From: Actinomycetota bacterium
Lineage (GTDB): Bacteria; Actinomycetota; Acidimicrobiia; Acidimicrobiales; MedAcidi-G1
Length of the DNA stretch: 64,000 nt
Reading direction: 5' to 3'
NCBI GenBank assembly: GCA_002721755.1
Contig: PBLL01000039.1
Coordinates: 2,089 to 66,088 of the forward strand
Below the pieces are notes generated by a model. It saw only the letters and a list, made by a program, of their open reading frames with translations, had not been told where the DNA came from and did no database searches. The translations under genes and the position numbers were made by a program. Positions 38,061-46,671 of this stretch are shown piece after piece. Each line of letters starts with the position of its first letter. Position 1 is the stretch's first letter.

Positions 38061-39116
38061 ATGCGTGACCTTTTGGAATTAACTGCAGAACTGGTTGATA
38101 TCCCCTCTGTGAGTTTCGAGGAGAGTCGAATCGTTTCCCTGATTGAGAAAGAACTCAGTTCAATGCCTCATCTTTCATTAGATCGTGTAGGCGATAATTT
38201 GATTGCACGAACTAATTTCGGTAAAGAACAAAGACTCATTTTGGCTGGTCACACAGATACAGTCCCCGGAGATACAGAATCTGGATCCAGAATTGAAGGT
38301 GATACATGTTGGGGTCTAGGAAGTGCAGATATGAAGGGTGGCATTGCCGTAATGCTCGAACTTGCCAGATCTGTTTCAGATTATGCAATAGATGCAACAT
38401 GGGTTTTTTATGCTCGTGAAGAAGTGGCAAGCGAACATAACGGTTTGAGAGAGGTTTTTACCGAAGCACCAGAACTATTAAATGGTGATGCGGCAATTTT
38501 AGGGGAGCCGACAGGTGCTTTGGTCGAAGCGGGCTGTCAGGGAACAATGAGGTTTCTACTTACTTTCAAAGGTGTACGGGCGCATTCAGCGCGACCGTGG
38601 ATGGGCAGAAATGCTGTGCATAGACTCGGTGGCGTTCTTAATGCTTTAGAAAAGTATGAATACAGAGAACCAGTGATAGAGGGATGTAAATTTCGTGAAG
38701 CGCTGCAAGTGGTTGGTGTTGAAGGGGGAATAGCAGGAAATGTTGTTCCTGATTCTGCGACATTACTAATAAATCATCGGCACGCACCAGATCGTGATTC
38801 ATCTCAAGCAGAAAACCATGTCAGAGAGTTTCTTTCACCGTTCATGGAGTCAGACGACTCACTTGAGGTTGTTGATATGGCACCTGCTGCGGCACCTGGT
38901 TTAGATCACCCTCTTCTAGCGTCGGTAGGTGCAGGAGTTGAAACCCGAGCAAAATTAGGCTGGACAGACGTAGCTTTTTTTTCTGAGCAGGGAATTCCAG
39001 CGATAAATTTTGGTCCCGGCGACGCAACTCTAGCCCATACCACTGATGAGCGAATAGAGCGCGACAACTTAAACGCTACTTTTTCAGCAATCAAAAGAGT
39101 TTTAGAAGGTGACTAG
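38061..39116 (+). CDS. dapE: Succinyl-diaminopimelate desuccinylase
   Basis: GHTDTVP, DMKGG, REEV, HSARPW.G.NA, KLGWTDVA, GPGD..LAH. Confidence 0.93.
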   Translation: MRDLLELTAELVDIPSVSFEESRIVSLIEKELSSMPHLSLDRVGDNLIARTNFGKEQRLILAGHTDTVPGDTESGSRIEGDTCWGLGSADMKGGIAVMLELARSVSDYAIDATWVFYAREEVASEHNGLREVFTEAPELLNGDAAILGEPTGALVEAGCQGTMRFLLTFKGVRAHSARPWMGRNAVHRLGGVLNALEKYEYREPVIEGCKFREALQVVGVEGGIAGNVVPDSATLLINHRHAPDRDSSQAENHVREFLSPFMESDDSLEVVDMAPAAAPGLDHPLLASVGAGVETRAKLGWTDVAFFSEQGIPAINFGPGDATLAHTTDERIERDNLNATFSAIKRVLEGD

Positions 39117-39138
39117 TTAAACAAATTTAATAAGAGAT

Positions 39139-39783
39139 TTAAATCTTTCTTAGAACGGTTACGACCTTGCCGATAATGCTCACTTCATCTGCCTTATATT
39201 TAACATCTGAGTAATCTGGATTCGAAGAACGGATTATAACCTTGTCGCCTTCTCGTTTTAGACGCTTCACTCCTACGGTTCCATCTGCTTCAGGTAATTC
39301 AACAACCAAAAGTTCGTTTGAGGAACTAGAAGAGGTTTCAGCTTTAACTACCACATAGTCGTTATCAAGTATCCCATCACCCGTCATGGAGTCACCTTTA
39401 ACTCTGAGCATGAAAAGATTGCCATCACCGGTGAACTCAGCAGGTAGAGGCAGTGATTCCTCTATGTTTTCTTGTCGGAAGACCGTGGTGCCTGCCGCAA
39501 CATCACCAACGAGAGGAACATGCTGCACAGCTCCACGATCCACGGCAGCACCGCTTATCGGGTCAAAGCAAACTTCTATGGCTCTAGGCTTTCCAGGATC
39601 AGAACGGCGTAAATAGCCTAATTTCTGCAGGGTGGCGAGATGTGCATGAACTGTGGAAGGAGAAGTGAGTCCCACCGCCTTGCAAATTTCACGTACTGAT
39701 GGTGGAAATCCACGCTCTCTAGATTCGCTGTCAATGAATTCGAGTATTTGAATCTGACGTTGTGTCAGGGAATTTTCATTCAT
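39139..39783 (-). CDS. lexA: SOS repressor LexA
   Basis: wHTH PPSVREI, Ala-Gly cleavage site (VAAG), catalytic Ser (GDSM) and Lys (VKR). Confidence 0.96.
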   Translation of the reverse strand: MNENSLTQRQIQILEFIDSESRERGFPPSVREICKAVGLTSPSTVHAHLATLQKLGYLRRSDPGKPRAIEVCFDPISGAAVDRGAVQHVPLVGDVAAGTTVFRQENIEESLPLPAEFTGDGNLFMLRVKGDSMTGDGILDNDYVVVKAETSSSSSNELLVVELPEADGTVGVKRLKREGDKVIIRSSNPDYSDVKYKADEVSIIGKVVTVLRKI

Positions 39784-39808
39784 AATAAAAAGCCTTTTTT
39801 AGTTGCAA

Positions 39809-39885
39809 TCGAACAAATGTTCGATAACATAGTATCATGATCGAACACTTGTACGACGCACATATGTTCCCCGAACAAACGTTCT
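39809..39885. promoter_or_regulatory. Array of four LexA boxes between lexA and the LysM gene
   Basis: TCGAAC-AAAT-GTTCGA (39809), CGAAC-ACTT-GTACG (39842), CGCAC-ATAT-GTTCC (39857), CGAAC-AAAC-GTTCT (39872). Confidence 0.85.
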
Positions 39886-39952
39886 TTGTCAAGTATTTCC
39901 TTGTTTTTCAGGAAAAAAAAGCTATGTCACACCCTCTTGAAAGGATATATAC

Positions 39953-40336
39953 ATGAATACAGCGGTCATTTATAACTCCTACGAAATTCCTCAAGTCAAG
40001 CTAAATAGCTATTCAGCAAGACCTCTACCTCAAGAGGTTTATCGACGCCGACGTTTAGCAGTTTTAGCAATAGTGGGAATATTTTTATTTTTAACCGTTT
40101 TACTAGCTAATGAAATTATTGGTCGAATTCATGGTGTTCCTGGAGGTTCGATAGTAGAAGCTGCAGGGAATCCTGTCGTATATGTGGTGCAACCAGGCGA
40201 CACTCTTTGGGAAATAGCCGACAAATTCAACCCGAAAGGTACAGATATTCGGCACACCGTTGATCGACTTGCAAAAGTAACTGGAGGTTCACAACTTCAA
40301 CCAGGTCAACGAATTGTTTTTGAGAGAGGTTTATAA
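39953..40336 (+). CDS. LysM-domain membrane protein, probable SOS cell-division inhibitor (ChiZ/YneA-like)
   Basis: RRRR + TM + LysM (YVVQPGDTLWEIA..LQPGQRI); divergent from lexA. Confidence 0.82.
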   Translation: MNTAVIYNSYEIPQVKLNSYSARPLPQEVYRRRRLAVLAIVGIFLFLTVLLANEIIGRIHGVPGGSIVEAAGNPVVYVVQPGDTLWEIADKFNPKGTDIRHTVDRLAKVTGGSQLQPGQRIVFERGL

Positions 40337-40341
40337 AACTT

Positions 40342-41094
40342 TTATCTAACTGTCAGGTATCTGCAGAACAGAAATTCGTCTTCAAGAATTATTCGGTCCA
40401 GGGATAGTGCTGTAGGAGAGTCGACGGGTTGTTCCAATAGCGGTGCGGAAATTTCTCCTCCTACTGCTCTAGGTGAGATACTTAAGCAGAATTCGTCAAT
40501 CACATCCGCTGCTAGCAGATGAGCGTTAAGGCTGGGACCACCTTCACAGACCACGATTTTCGCTTTCTGCTTTGAGAGATTCTCAACAATTTTCAAAATA
40601 TTCAACTCGTCTTCTTGAAAGCCAATTACCTCAGCAGAAGAGGAAAAAAGAGAACCATTTTTTTCAAGAGACGCATTTTTCGTGTAAATGAGAGGAGGTT
40701 TGTCTTCAGGATGGTTTTCTGCGAATAGACCCATTTCTGGATCTAGATTGAGCTCTCCAGAAATAACAGCAATTCTTGGTCGTTTTTCCTGATTCCTAGA
40801 TTCACGAAACTCAGCCAAAGTGCCTTCGGGTGTTCTTGGAGCTTTATAGTTTTCAGTTCTGATTGTTCCGGCACCCACGAGAATGATATCGGCTAGCCCT
40901 CTGATGATTTGATAGATATTTTTGTCTGCAGGTCCGCTCAAACCTGCTGCTTTTCCTTCAAAGGAGATAAAGCCATCAACTGAATTGACCATATTAAGCA
41001 GAATCCAAGGCCTCGATTCAAAGGTTTCCCTGATGTCATTGTTATAAACCTCTATTGGGTCCACTTCACTTTCATAAGGAAAAATCTGCTTCAT
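40342..41094 (-). CDS. RibD C-terminal domain / DHFR-fold pyrimidine reductase family protein
   Basis: NMVNSVDG, ILVGAGTIRTENY, CEGGPSL; no deaminase domain; start likely ATG 41094. Confidence 0.85.
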   Translation of the reverse strand: MKQIFPYESEVDPIEVYNNDIRETFESRPWILLNMVNSVDGFISFEGKAAGLSGPADKNIYQIIRGLADIILVGAGTIRTENYKAPRTPEGTLAEFRESRNQEKRPRIAVISGELNLDPEMGLFAENHPEDKPPLIYTKNASLEKNGSLFSSSAEVIGFQEDELNILKIVENLSKQKAKIVVCEGGPSLNAHLLAADVIDEFCLSISPRAVGGEISAPLLEQPVDSPTALSLDRIILEDEFLFCRYLTVR

Positions 41095-41352
41095 ACACTG
41101 ACAGTATCCTCGTACGCAGAATTTCTGATTTCGAAACGGCAATTTTTGGTGAAAACCAAGACTTTAGGTCTATTGGAGACTGTTTCTTCTGAAGTTCCTT
41201 AACACAGATCTTAATTTCTTGTGATTCTGCAAGGCAGGTTTAGTTATTGTCTGAATATTTCATTACTATCCTAATCAGGTTTAGAAAATAGGTATAAGTA
41301 ATTCAATGAATATAAATCCAGTTTCAACAATTCTCTCTTACGTTGGTTTCTG

Positions 41353-42000
41353 ATGGCGGCTTTACGTTTTTCCTTTGGAACCATGGGGTCAGGGAAAAGT
41401 ACTTTAGCCTTGCAGATTCACCATAATCTTTCTGCGAGGGGTCTTACTGGAATTCTTTGCAGTCAGTTAGATAGAGCAGGTGGGAAGGTTTCTAGTGCTT
41501 TGGGAGTTTCTGCCGATGCGGTGCAAGTTTCTCCAGGTTTCAATCTTTATGAGTTTGCCTTGAAAGAAAAAGAAAACAATGGGTCTCTTGATTACATGAT
41601 TTGTGACGAAGCACAGTTCTATTCAGTCGATCAAATTGAACAATTGGCTCGTGTCGTGGACGAGTTAGAAGCAGAAGTTTATGCCTTCGGACTCCTGACT
41701 TCATTTCAAGGGGAATTGTTTGAAGGAACCAGAAGGCTTTTGGAGCTTTCTGATGAGAGAATCGAAGTTCAGGTAGAAGCACGATGCTGGTGCGGACGTC
41801 GAGCGACTCACAATGCGAGACTTGTGGAGGGCAAACAAGTTTATGACGGCGATCTAGTAGTAGTGGATGATCCCGAAGATCAGAAGGTTACGTATGAGCT
41901 TCGTTGTCGACAACACTGGTTAGAAGGTGATTCAGGTCCGGAACGTCAAGTTGTTCCTATACATGCTCCTCACAAAGAAATGAAAGCAGCAAACGGATAA
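41353..42000 (+). CDS. tdk: Thymidine kinase
   Basis: GTMGSGKST, DEAQF, CWCG..ATHNAR, Y..RCRQH. Confidence 0.92.
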   Translation: MAALRFSFGTMGSGKSTLALQIHHNLSARGLTGILCSQLDRAGGKVSSALGVSADAVQVSPGFNLYEFALKEKENNGSLDYMICDEAQFYSVDQIEQLARVVDELEAEVYAFGLLTSFQGELFEGTRRLLELSDERIEVQVEARCWCGRRATHNARLVEGKQVYDGDLVVVDDPEDQKVTYELRCRQHWLEGDSGPERQVVPIHAPHKEMKAANG

Positions 42001-42044
42001 TGCGCGAACAGCGGGTCTTACCTCAAGTTCGCTAGCCTTAAAAT

Positions 42045-43841
42045 ATGACTGATTATAAACCTCCTATTAACGACATTCGCCTAGTCCTGAATGAAATCAG
42101 TGATATAGGTGCTTTATGTGATTTTCCTGAATACGAACATGTAGACAAAGAGACGATAGATGGAGTTCTTGAAGAACTTGGACGTTTCGCTGCTGAAGTT
42201 GTATCACCTGTCAATCAAATAGGTGACAAAGAAGGGTGTTCTGTAACAGATGGTGTAGTTACCATGCCGGAAGAATTTGGTGAAGCGTGGAACCACTTTG
42301 TTGATGCTGGTTGGGGGGCTATTTCACAAGACCCAGATTACGGAGGAGGCGGTTTTCCACTGGCCATTCACACTGTTTTAACAGAGTTGCTAGCAACTGC
42401 CAGTAGAGCTTGGTCTATGGGTCCCATGTTGACTGCAGGTGCAATTGACTGTTTACACACTTTTTCCGACGAGACCCAAAAGGAAATCTTTTTACCAAAG
42501 CTAGTTTCGGGTGAGTGGTCTGGAACAATGAATCTGACAGAGCCTCAAGCGGGTTCTGATGTAGGCGCATTAACTACCAAGGCAATTCCACAGGAAGATG
42601 GAACTTACAGAATTTTTGGAACCAAAATTTTCATTACATTTGGAGAGCATGAACTAGTCGAAAATATTATCCAGTTGGTATTGGCTCGCACTCCAGACAG
42701 TCCACCAGGCACGAAGGGCATATCCTGCTTTATTGTTCCAAAATATTTAGTTGAGGATGACGGTTCTCTAGGGGAGCGAAATGACTACCGTTGTTTATCG
42801 CTTGAACACAAGTTGGGTCTTCATGCAAGTCCGACATGTGTAATTTCATACGGCGATGCTGGTGATGGTGCTATCGGTTACTTGATAGGTGAAGAGCATC
42901 AAGGAATGCGTTACATGTTCAAGATGATGAATAACGCACGTTTAGGTGTCGGTGTTGAAGGTTTGGCTGTAGCAGAAAGAGCCCTGCAGCAGGCTTCTTC
43001 GTTTGCTTTAGAAAGACGTCAAGGTAAAGCAATAGGAGCTGAAGCGGGTGAACAGTCGCTAATAATAGAACATCCTGATGTCCGTCGTATGTTGTTAACC
43101 ATGAGAGCCTATACAGATGCAATGAGATGTATTCTTTATGCGAATGCTGCTGCTTTGGATGTAGCTAAATGCCATCCTGACGGAGAAGAGAGGCAAATAG
43201 CGTCAGACAGAGCCGAACTGTTGACGCCTATTTCAAAAGCGTGGTGTACCGATTTAGGTGTAGAAATGACTTCTTTAGGAATTCAAGTTCATGGAGGTTA
43301 CGGGTATATAGAAGAAACCGGAGCAGCACAACATTTGAGGGATTCGCGTATCTCACCAATCTATGAAGGTACGAATGGTATTCAAGCAATTGACCTGGTT
43401 GGAAGAAAATTGAGGATGGGTGAAGGCAAGGTAATGAGAGACCTCTTGGACGAGATAAGTGATTTCATCGCAAGTCTTAATCAGATGGGTCAGGAATATG
43501 AAACTATAAGGGTAAATCTTGCTGACAGCCTGCAAGCTGTCGAGGAAGCAACTAGTTGGCTTAGTGAAAAAGGAAAAGAAGATCCGGTGCAAGCCATCTC
43601 AGGTGCCACTCCCTATCTTCGAATGTTGGGACAGCTAGTTGGTGGCTGGTTCTTGGCACGTCTGGCAATTGGAGCAATGAGTAATGAGAATGTCGGTGAT
43701 GCAGAGTTTCGTAAAAGCAAAATGACAGTCGCTAATTTTTATGCTGAGCAATTGTTGCCTTTGACACGAGCTCAACTCGGTGCGGTCACGGCTGGGTCTT
43801 CTGATTTGTTCGCAGTTCCTGAAGAACTTTTTTCTGTTTAG
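42045..43841 (+). CDS. Acyl-CoA dehydrogenase (~600 aa DmdC/FadE5-like family)
   Basis: GTMNLTEPQAGSD, MFKMMNNARL, QVHGGYG, IYEGTNGIQAIDL. Confidence 0.9.
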   Translation: MTDYKPPINDIRLVLNEISDIGALCDFPEYEHVDKETIDGVLEELGRFAAEVVSPVNQIGDKEGCSVTDGVVTMPEEFGEAWNHFVDAGWGAISQDPDYGGGGFPLAIHTVLTELLATASRAWSMGPMLTAGAIDCLHTFSDETQKEIFLPKLVSGEWSGTMNLTEPQAGSDVGALTTKAIPQEDGTYRIFGTKIFITFGEHELVENIIQLVLARTPDSPPGTKGISCFIVPKYLVEDDGSLGERNDYRCLSLEHKLGLHASPTCVISYGDAGDGAIGYLIGEEHQGMRYMFKMMNNARLGVGVEGLAVAERALQQASSFALERRQGKAIGAEAGEQSLIIEHPDVRRMLLTMRAYTDAMRCILYANAAALDVAKCHPDGEERQIASDRAELLTPISKAWCTDLGVEMTSLGIQVHGGYGYIEETGAAQHLRDSRISPIYEGTNGIQAIDLVGRKLRMGEGKVMRDLLDEISDFIASLNQMGQEYETIRVNLADSLQAVEEATSWLSEKGKEDPVQAISGATPYLRMLGQLVGGWFLARLAIGAMSNENVGDAEFRKSKMTVANFYAEQLLPLTRAQLGAVTAGSSDLFAVPEELFSV

Positions 43842-43864
43842 CAGGGGTAGTTAAAATTTTTAGT

Positions 43865-44662
43865 TTGGCTTCTTTACCAAGTCCTTCTTCAAGTTCCTTT
43901 CATGTCGGTCCTATTGAATTACGTGCTTATGGATTGATGATTGCTCTTGGGGTTCTGGTTGCAATTTGGTGGTGTCAGAAACGTTGGCAAACCAAGGGAG
44001 GGAAAGCTGAAGATATTTCTGAAATAATGATCTGGGCGGTACCATCTGGTCTTGTGGGAGCGAGGCTCTACCATGTCATTACCGACTGGCGGTCATTTCA
44101 AGGGCGTTGGGAAGATGTTCCTGCTATCTGGCAAGGAGGTTTAGGGATACCAGGCGGCTTGATAGTCGGTGTTATCGTCGGAGTGCTCGTAGCCAAAAAG
44201 CGAGGTATAAACACAGCTGAGGTTCTTGATGCGGTAATTCCCTCTATTCCGGTTGCGCAAGCAATAGGTCGATGGGGAAACTGGTTTAACCAGGAATTAT
44301 TTGGAAAACCTACGGAACTTCCCTGGGCTTTGGAGATAAGTGCACGGCACAGGCCCAAAGAATTTATCAACGAGTTGACTTTTCATCCGACTTTTCTGTA
44401 TGAGTCAATTTGGAATCTGCTTTTGGCCTTTCTATTAGTCAAATGCGATCGTGCAGGTTTATTGAAACCAGGAAGATTAATCGGGCTTTGGATATTTGGT
44501 TATGGCATTGGGAGACTTTGGATAGAAACATTAAGAGTTGATAATGCATCTCTGATAGCTGGAATCAGGGTAAATATTTGGATGAGCCTTATTGCGATCA
44601 TCGCAGGCCTATACGTTGCAGTTTCTGGTCGACAAAGATCTATTGATTCAATAAGTTCCTAA
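43865..44662 (+). CDS. lgt: Prolipoprotein diacylglyceryl transferase
   Basis: RAYGL, GARLYHV, GRWGNWFNQE, HPTFLYE. Confidence 0.95.
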   Translation: MASLPSPSSSSFHVGPIELRAYGLMIALGVLVAIWWCQKRWQTKGGKAEDISEIMIWAVPSGLVGARLYHVITDWRSFQGRWEDVPAIWQGGLGIPGGLIVGVIVGVLVAKKRGINTAEVLDAVIPSIPVAQAIGRWGNWFNQELFGKPTELPWALEISARHRPKEFINELTFHPTFLYESIWNLLLAFLLVKCDRAGLLKPGRLIGLWIFGYGIGRLWIETLRVDNASLIAGIRVNIWMSLIAIIAGLYVAVSGRQRSIDSISS

Positions 44663-44690
44663 AAGAGATTTTAGGAACTACGGTCTTTGT

Positions 44691-45203
44691 GTGGACAGTG
44701 ACTTTGTTTCAAGAAGAATCGATAGAACTTTTGCTTTCATAGACCTGTCAGGTTTTACCGCTTTTAATGAAAAAGCAGGCGATGAGCAGGCAGTTGATGT
44801 TTTGGTCGAATTCCGCAATGCAGTTCGTAATATTGCAAGTAAGAGAGGTGTGAGAATCGCAAAATGGTTAGGCGATGGTGTGATGCTTGTCGGTGTAGAG
44901 CCTGAAGAGACTGTTGACTCGGTGCTTGAGATCAATTCTCTAATAAATGATTCAGATTTTGAATTACCGGTAAGAGCTGGAATAGCACGTGGTTGGGTTC
45001 TCCTTATCGAAGGAGACGATCATGTAGGAAGAGAAGTTATTTTGGCTTCTAGGCTCTGTGACAGCGCCAAACCTGGCCAGGTCTTAGCACCAAAAGAACT
45101 AGTTTCACCTCTTATGAATTTGACTCAAATTGAGTTGGGTGATGTTGCAGTTGATGGATTCGCCAAACCTTTTCAACTGGTTCAACTAGAACAAGCTGAG
45201 TGA
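44691..45203 (+). CDS. Stand-alone class III adenylate/guanylate cyclase domain protein
   Basis: FAFIDLSGFT, KWLGDGVM, DHVGREVILASRL. Confidence 0.85.
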   Translation: MDSDFVSRRIDRTFAFIDLSGFTAFNEKAGDEQAVDVLVEFRNAVRNIASKRGVRIAKWLGDGVMLVGVEPEETVDSVLEINSLINDSDFELPVRAGIARGWVLLIEGDDHVGREVILASRLCDSAKPGQVLAPKELVSPLMNLTQIELGDVAVDGFAKPFQLVQLEQAE

Positions 45204-45274
45204 TTTTCAGACTGAGTAGGGAGATTTAAGAAGATCAAATTTTTGTCAAGATTTGATCTCCAAGGTAAAGAAAT

Positions 45275-46441
45275 ATGAGTGTGAGATTTTCTGAGTTAGG
45301 AATAGAAAAAGACCTAGTTGAGGTATTGGATAGTTTGGGCATTACCGAACCTTTTGAAATACAGAAAATCACCATTCCTGATATTTTGGTAGGTCGTGAT
45401 GTGTGCGGAAAAGCAAAAACAGGCTCCGGGAAAACAATTGCTTTTGGTCTGCCGCTAGTACAACTTTTGACCCCATCGAAACCAGGAAAGCCGACAGGTT
45501 TGGCTTTAGTGCCAACACGCGAATTGGCTGTTCAGGTTTGTAAAGAAATTGATCCTCTAGCTTCAAAGAGGAAATTGAAGGTAAAGGCAATTTACGGAGG
45601 TTCACCTATAGAAAAACAGATTGACGCAATAAAAAAAGGAGTTGATTTTATAGTTGCTACTCCTGGAAGACTGATCGATTTATTAGAGAGAGGTGACATT
45701 TCGGTAACAAATGTCGAGAAGATCGTCATAGATGAAGCAGATCGAATGGCAGACATGGGCTTTATGCCACAGGTGGAATGGATCCTGCGTCAAGTAGAAC
45801 AAGAACACCAAACACTGTTGTTCTCAGCAACTCTCGATGGGATGGTAAGTGGTTTGATCAGCCGATATCAACAAGATCCTAAAATGCATGAGGTTGATTC
45901 ACGCGAAGTGACAGTTGCAGAAATGCAACACCGTTTCATTGCCGTTCATGAAATGGATCAGGTGAAAGTAGCAGCTGCAATCATAAATTCTTCAATGAAA
46001 ACGATAGTTTTTACAAAAACACGATGGGGAGCGGACAAGTTGGCGACCAAACTAGTGCAGGAAAATGTCACAGCAGCTGCCATACACGGAGATCTTAGAC
46101 AGTCGCAGCGAGAGAAAGCCTTAAAAGATTTCACCAAGGGGAAAATCAAGGCATTAGTAGCAACTGATGTAGCGGCAAGAGGGATACATGTGGATGATGT
46201 TGAAGCAGTAATACACTATGACCCTCCTTCTGATGCGAAAACTTATCTTCACCGTTCTGGCAGAACAGCAAGAGCAGGCGAGAGTGGGTTAGTAGTGAGT
46301 TTAATTTGTTGGAATGAAGAACTCGAGATTAGAAAACTCATGCGAAGACTTGGACTTAAACAGCCGATAGTAGAGATGTTTTCAAATGATGATCGACTGA
46401 AAAATTTAGTTGAATGGAGTGTTGATACAGCAGCAATTTAA
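45275..46441 (+). CDS. DEAD-box RNA helicase
   Basis: AKTGSGKT, PTRELA, DEAD, SAT, HRSGRTAR. Confidence 0.96.
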   Translation: MSVRFSELGIEKDLVEVLDSLGITEPFEIQKITIPDILVGRDVCGKAKTGSGKTIAFGLPLVQLLTPSKPGKPTGLALVPTRELAVQVCKEIDPLASKRKLKVKAIYGGSPIEKQIDAIKKGVDFIVATPGRLIDLLERGDISVTNVEKIVIDEADRMADMGFMPQVEWILRQVEQEHQTLLFSATLDGMVSGLISRYQQDPKMHEVDSREVTVAEMQHRFIAVHEMDQVKVAAAIINSSMKTIVFTKTRWGADKLATKLVQENVTAAAIHGDLRQSQREKALKDFTKGKIKALVATDVAARGIHVDDVEAVIHYDPPSDAKTYLHRSGRTARAGESGLVVSLICWNEELEIRKLMRRLGLKQPIVEMFSNDDRLKNLVEWSVDTAAI

Positions 46442-46505
46442 TGCCAGAGAAAAGCAAATTTGTTAACTGTGTGCATTATGTATCTCAGCTTCTTCTAGAA
46501 TGGTA

Positions 46506-46615
46506 GTACATCAAGAGTGGCTCAAATTTGGGTCCGGCAACCTGGGGAGGACACCCAAGGTGCTCGCTTGTCATGAGGCAGGGATGCGGTTTCGAGAGAG
46601 ACAATGAAGTGTCCG
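46506..46615 (+). ncRNA. SAM riboswitch, SAM-I/IV variant
   Basis: CATCAAGAG core, P2 GGCTCA/TGGGTC, CGGCAACC..GGTGCT P3, P1 closing GATG, P5 hairpin, P3-loop GGACAC (46549) complementary to GTGTCC (46609); upstream of metX. Confidence 0.85.
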
Positions 46616-46671
46616 GCGGGTAGTTATTTTTCTGTGCCGGTTCCGACTTTAGGTCTGTTCGCGGAGGAAAA

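Noticed and set aside
39809-39885. Short repeats as a CRISPR or tandem repeat
   Set aside because: They are explained as LexA operators; there are no spacers or cas genes.
41095-41352. ncRNA or NrdR boxes in the long spacer before tdk
   Set aside because: No convincing palindrome, stem or consensus match was seen.
42004-42032. GCGAAC...GTTCGC as an SOS box
   Set aside because: The half-sites are about 17 nt apart rather than 4; at most a weak hairpin.
42045-43841. Specific call as DmdC (DMSP demethylation pathway)
   Set aside because: The family is broad and no other dmd genes are nearby, so it is left as a generic acyl-CoA dehydrogenase.
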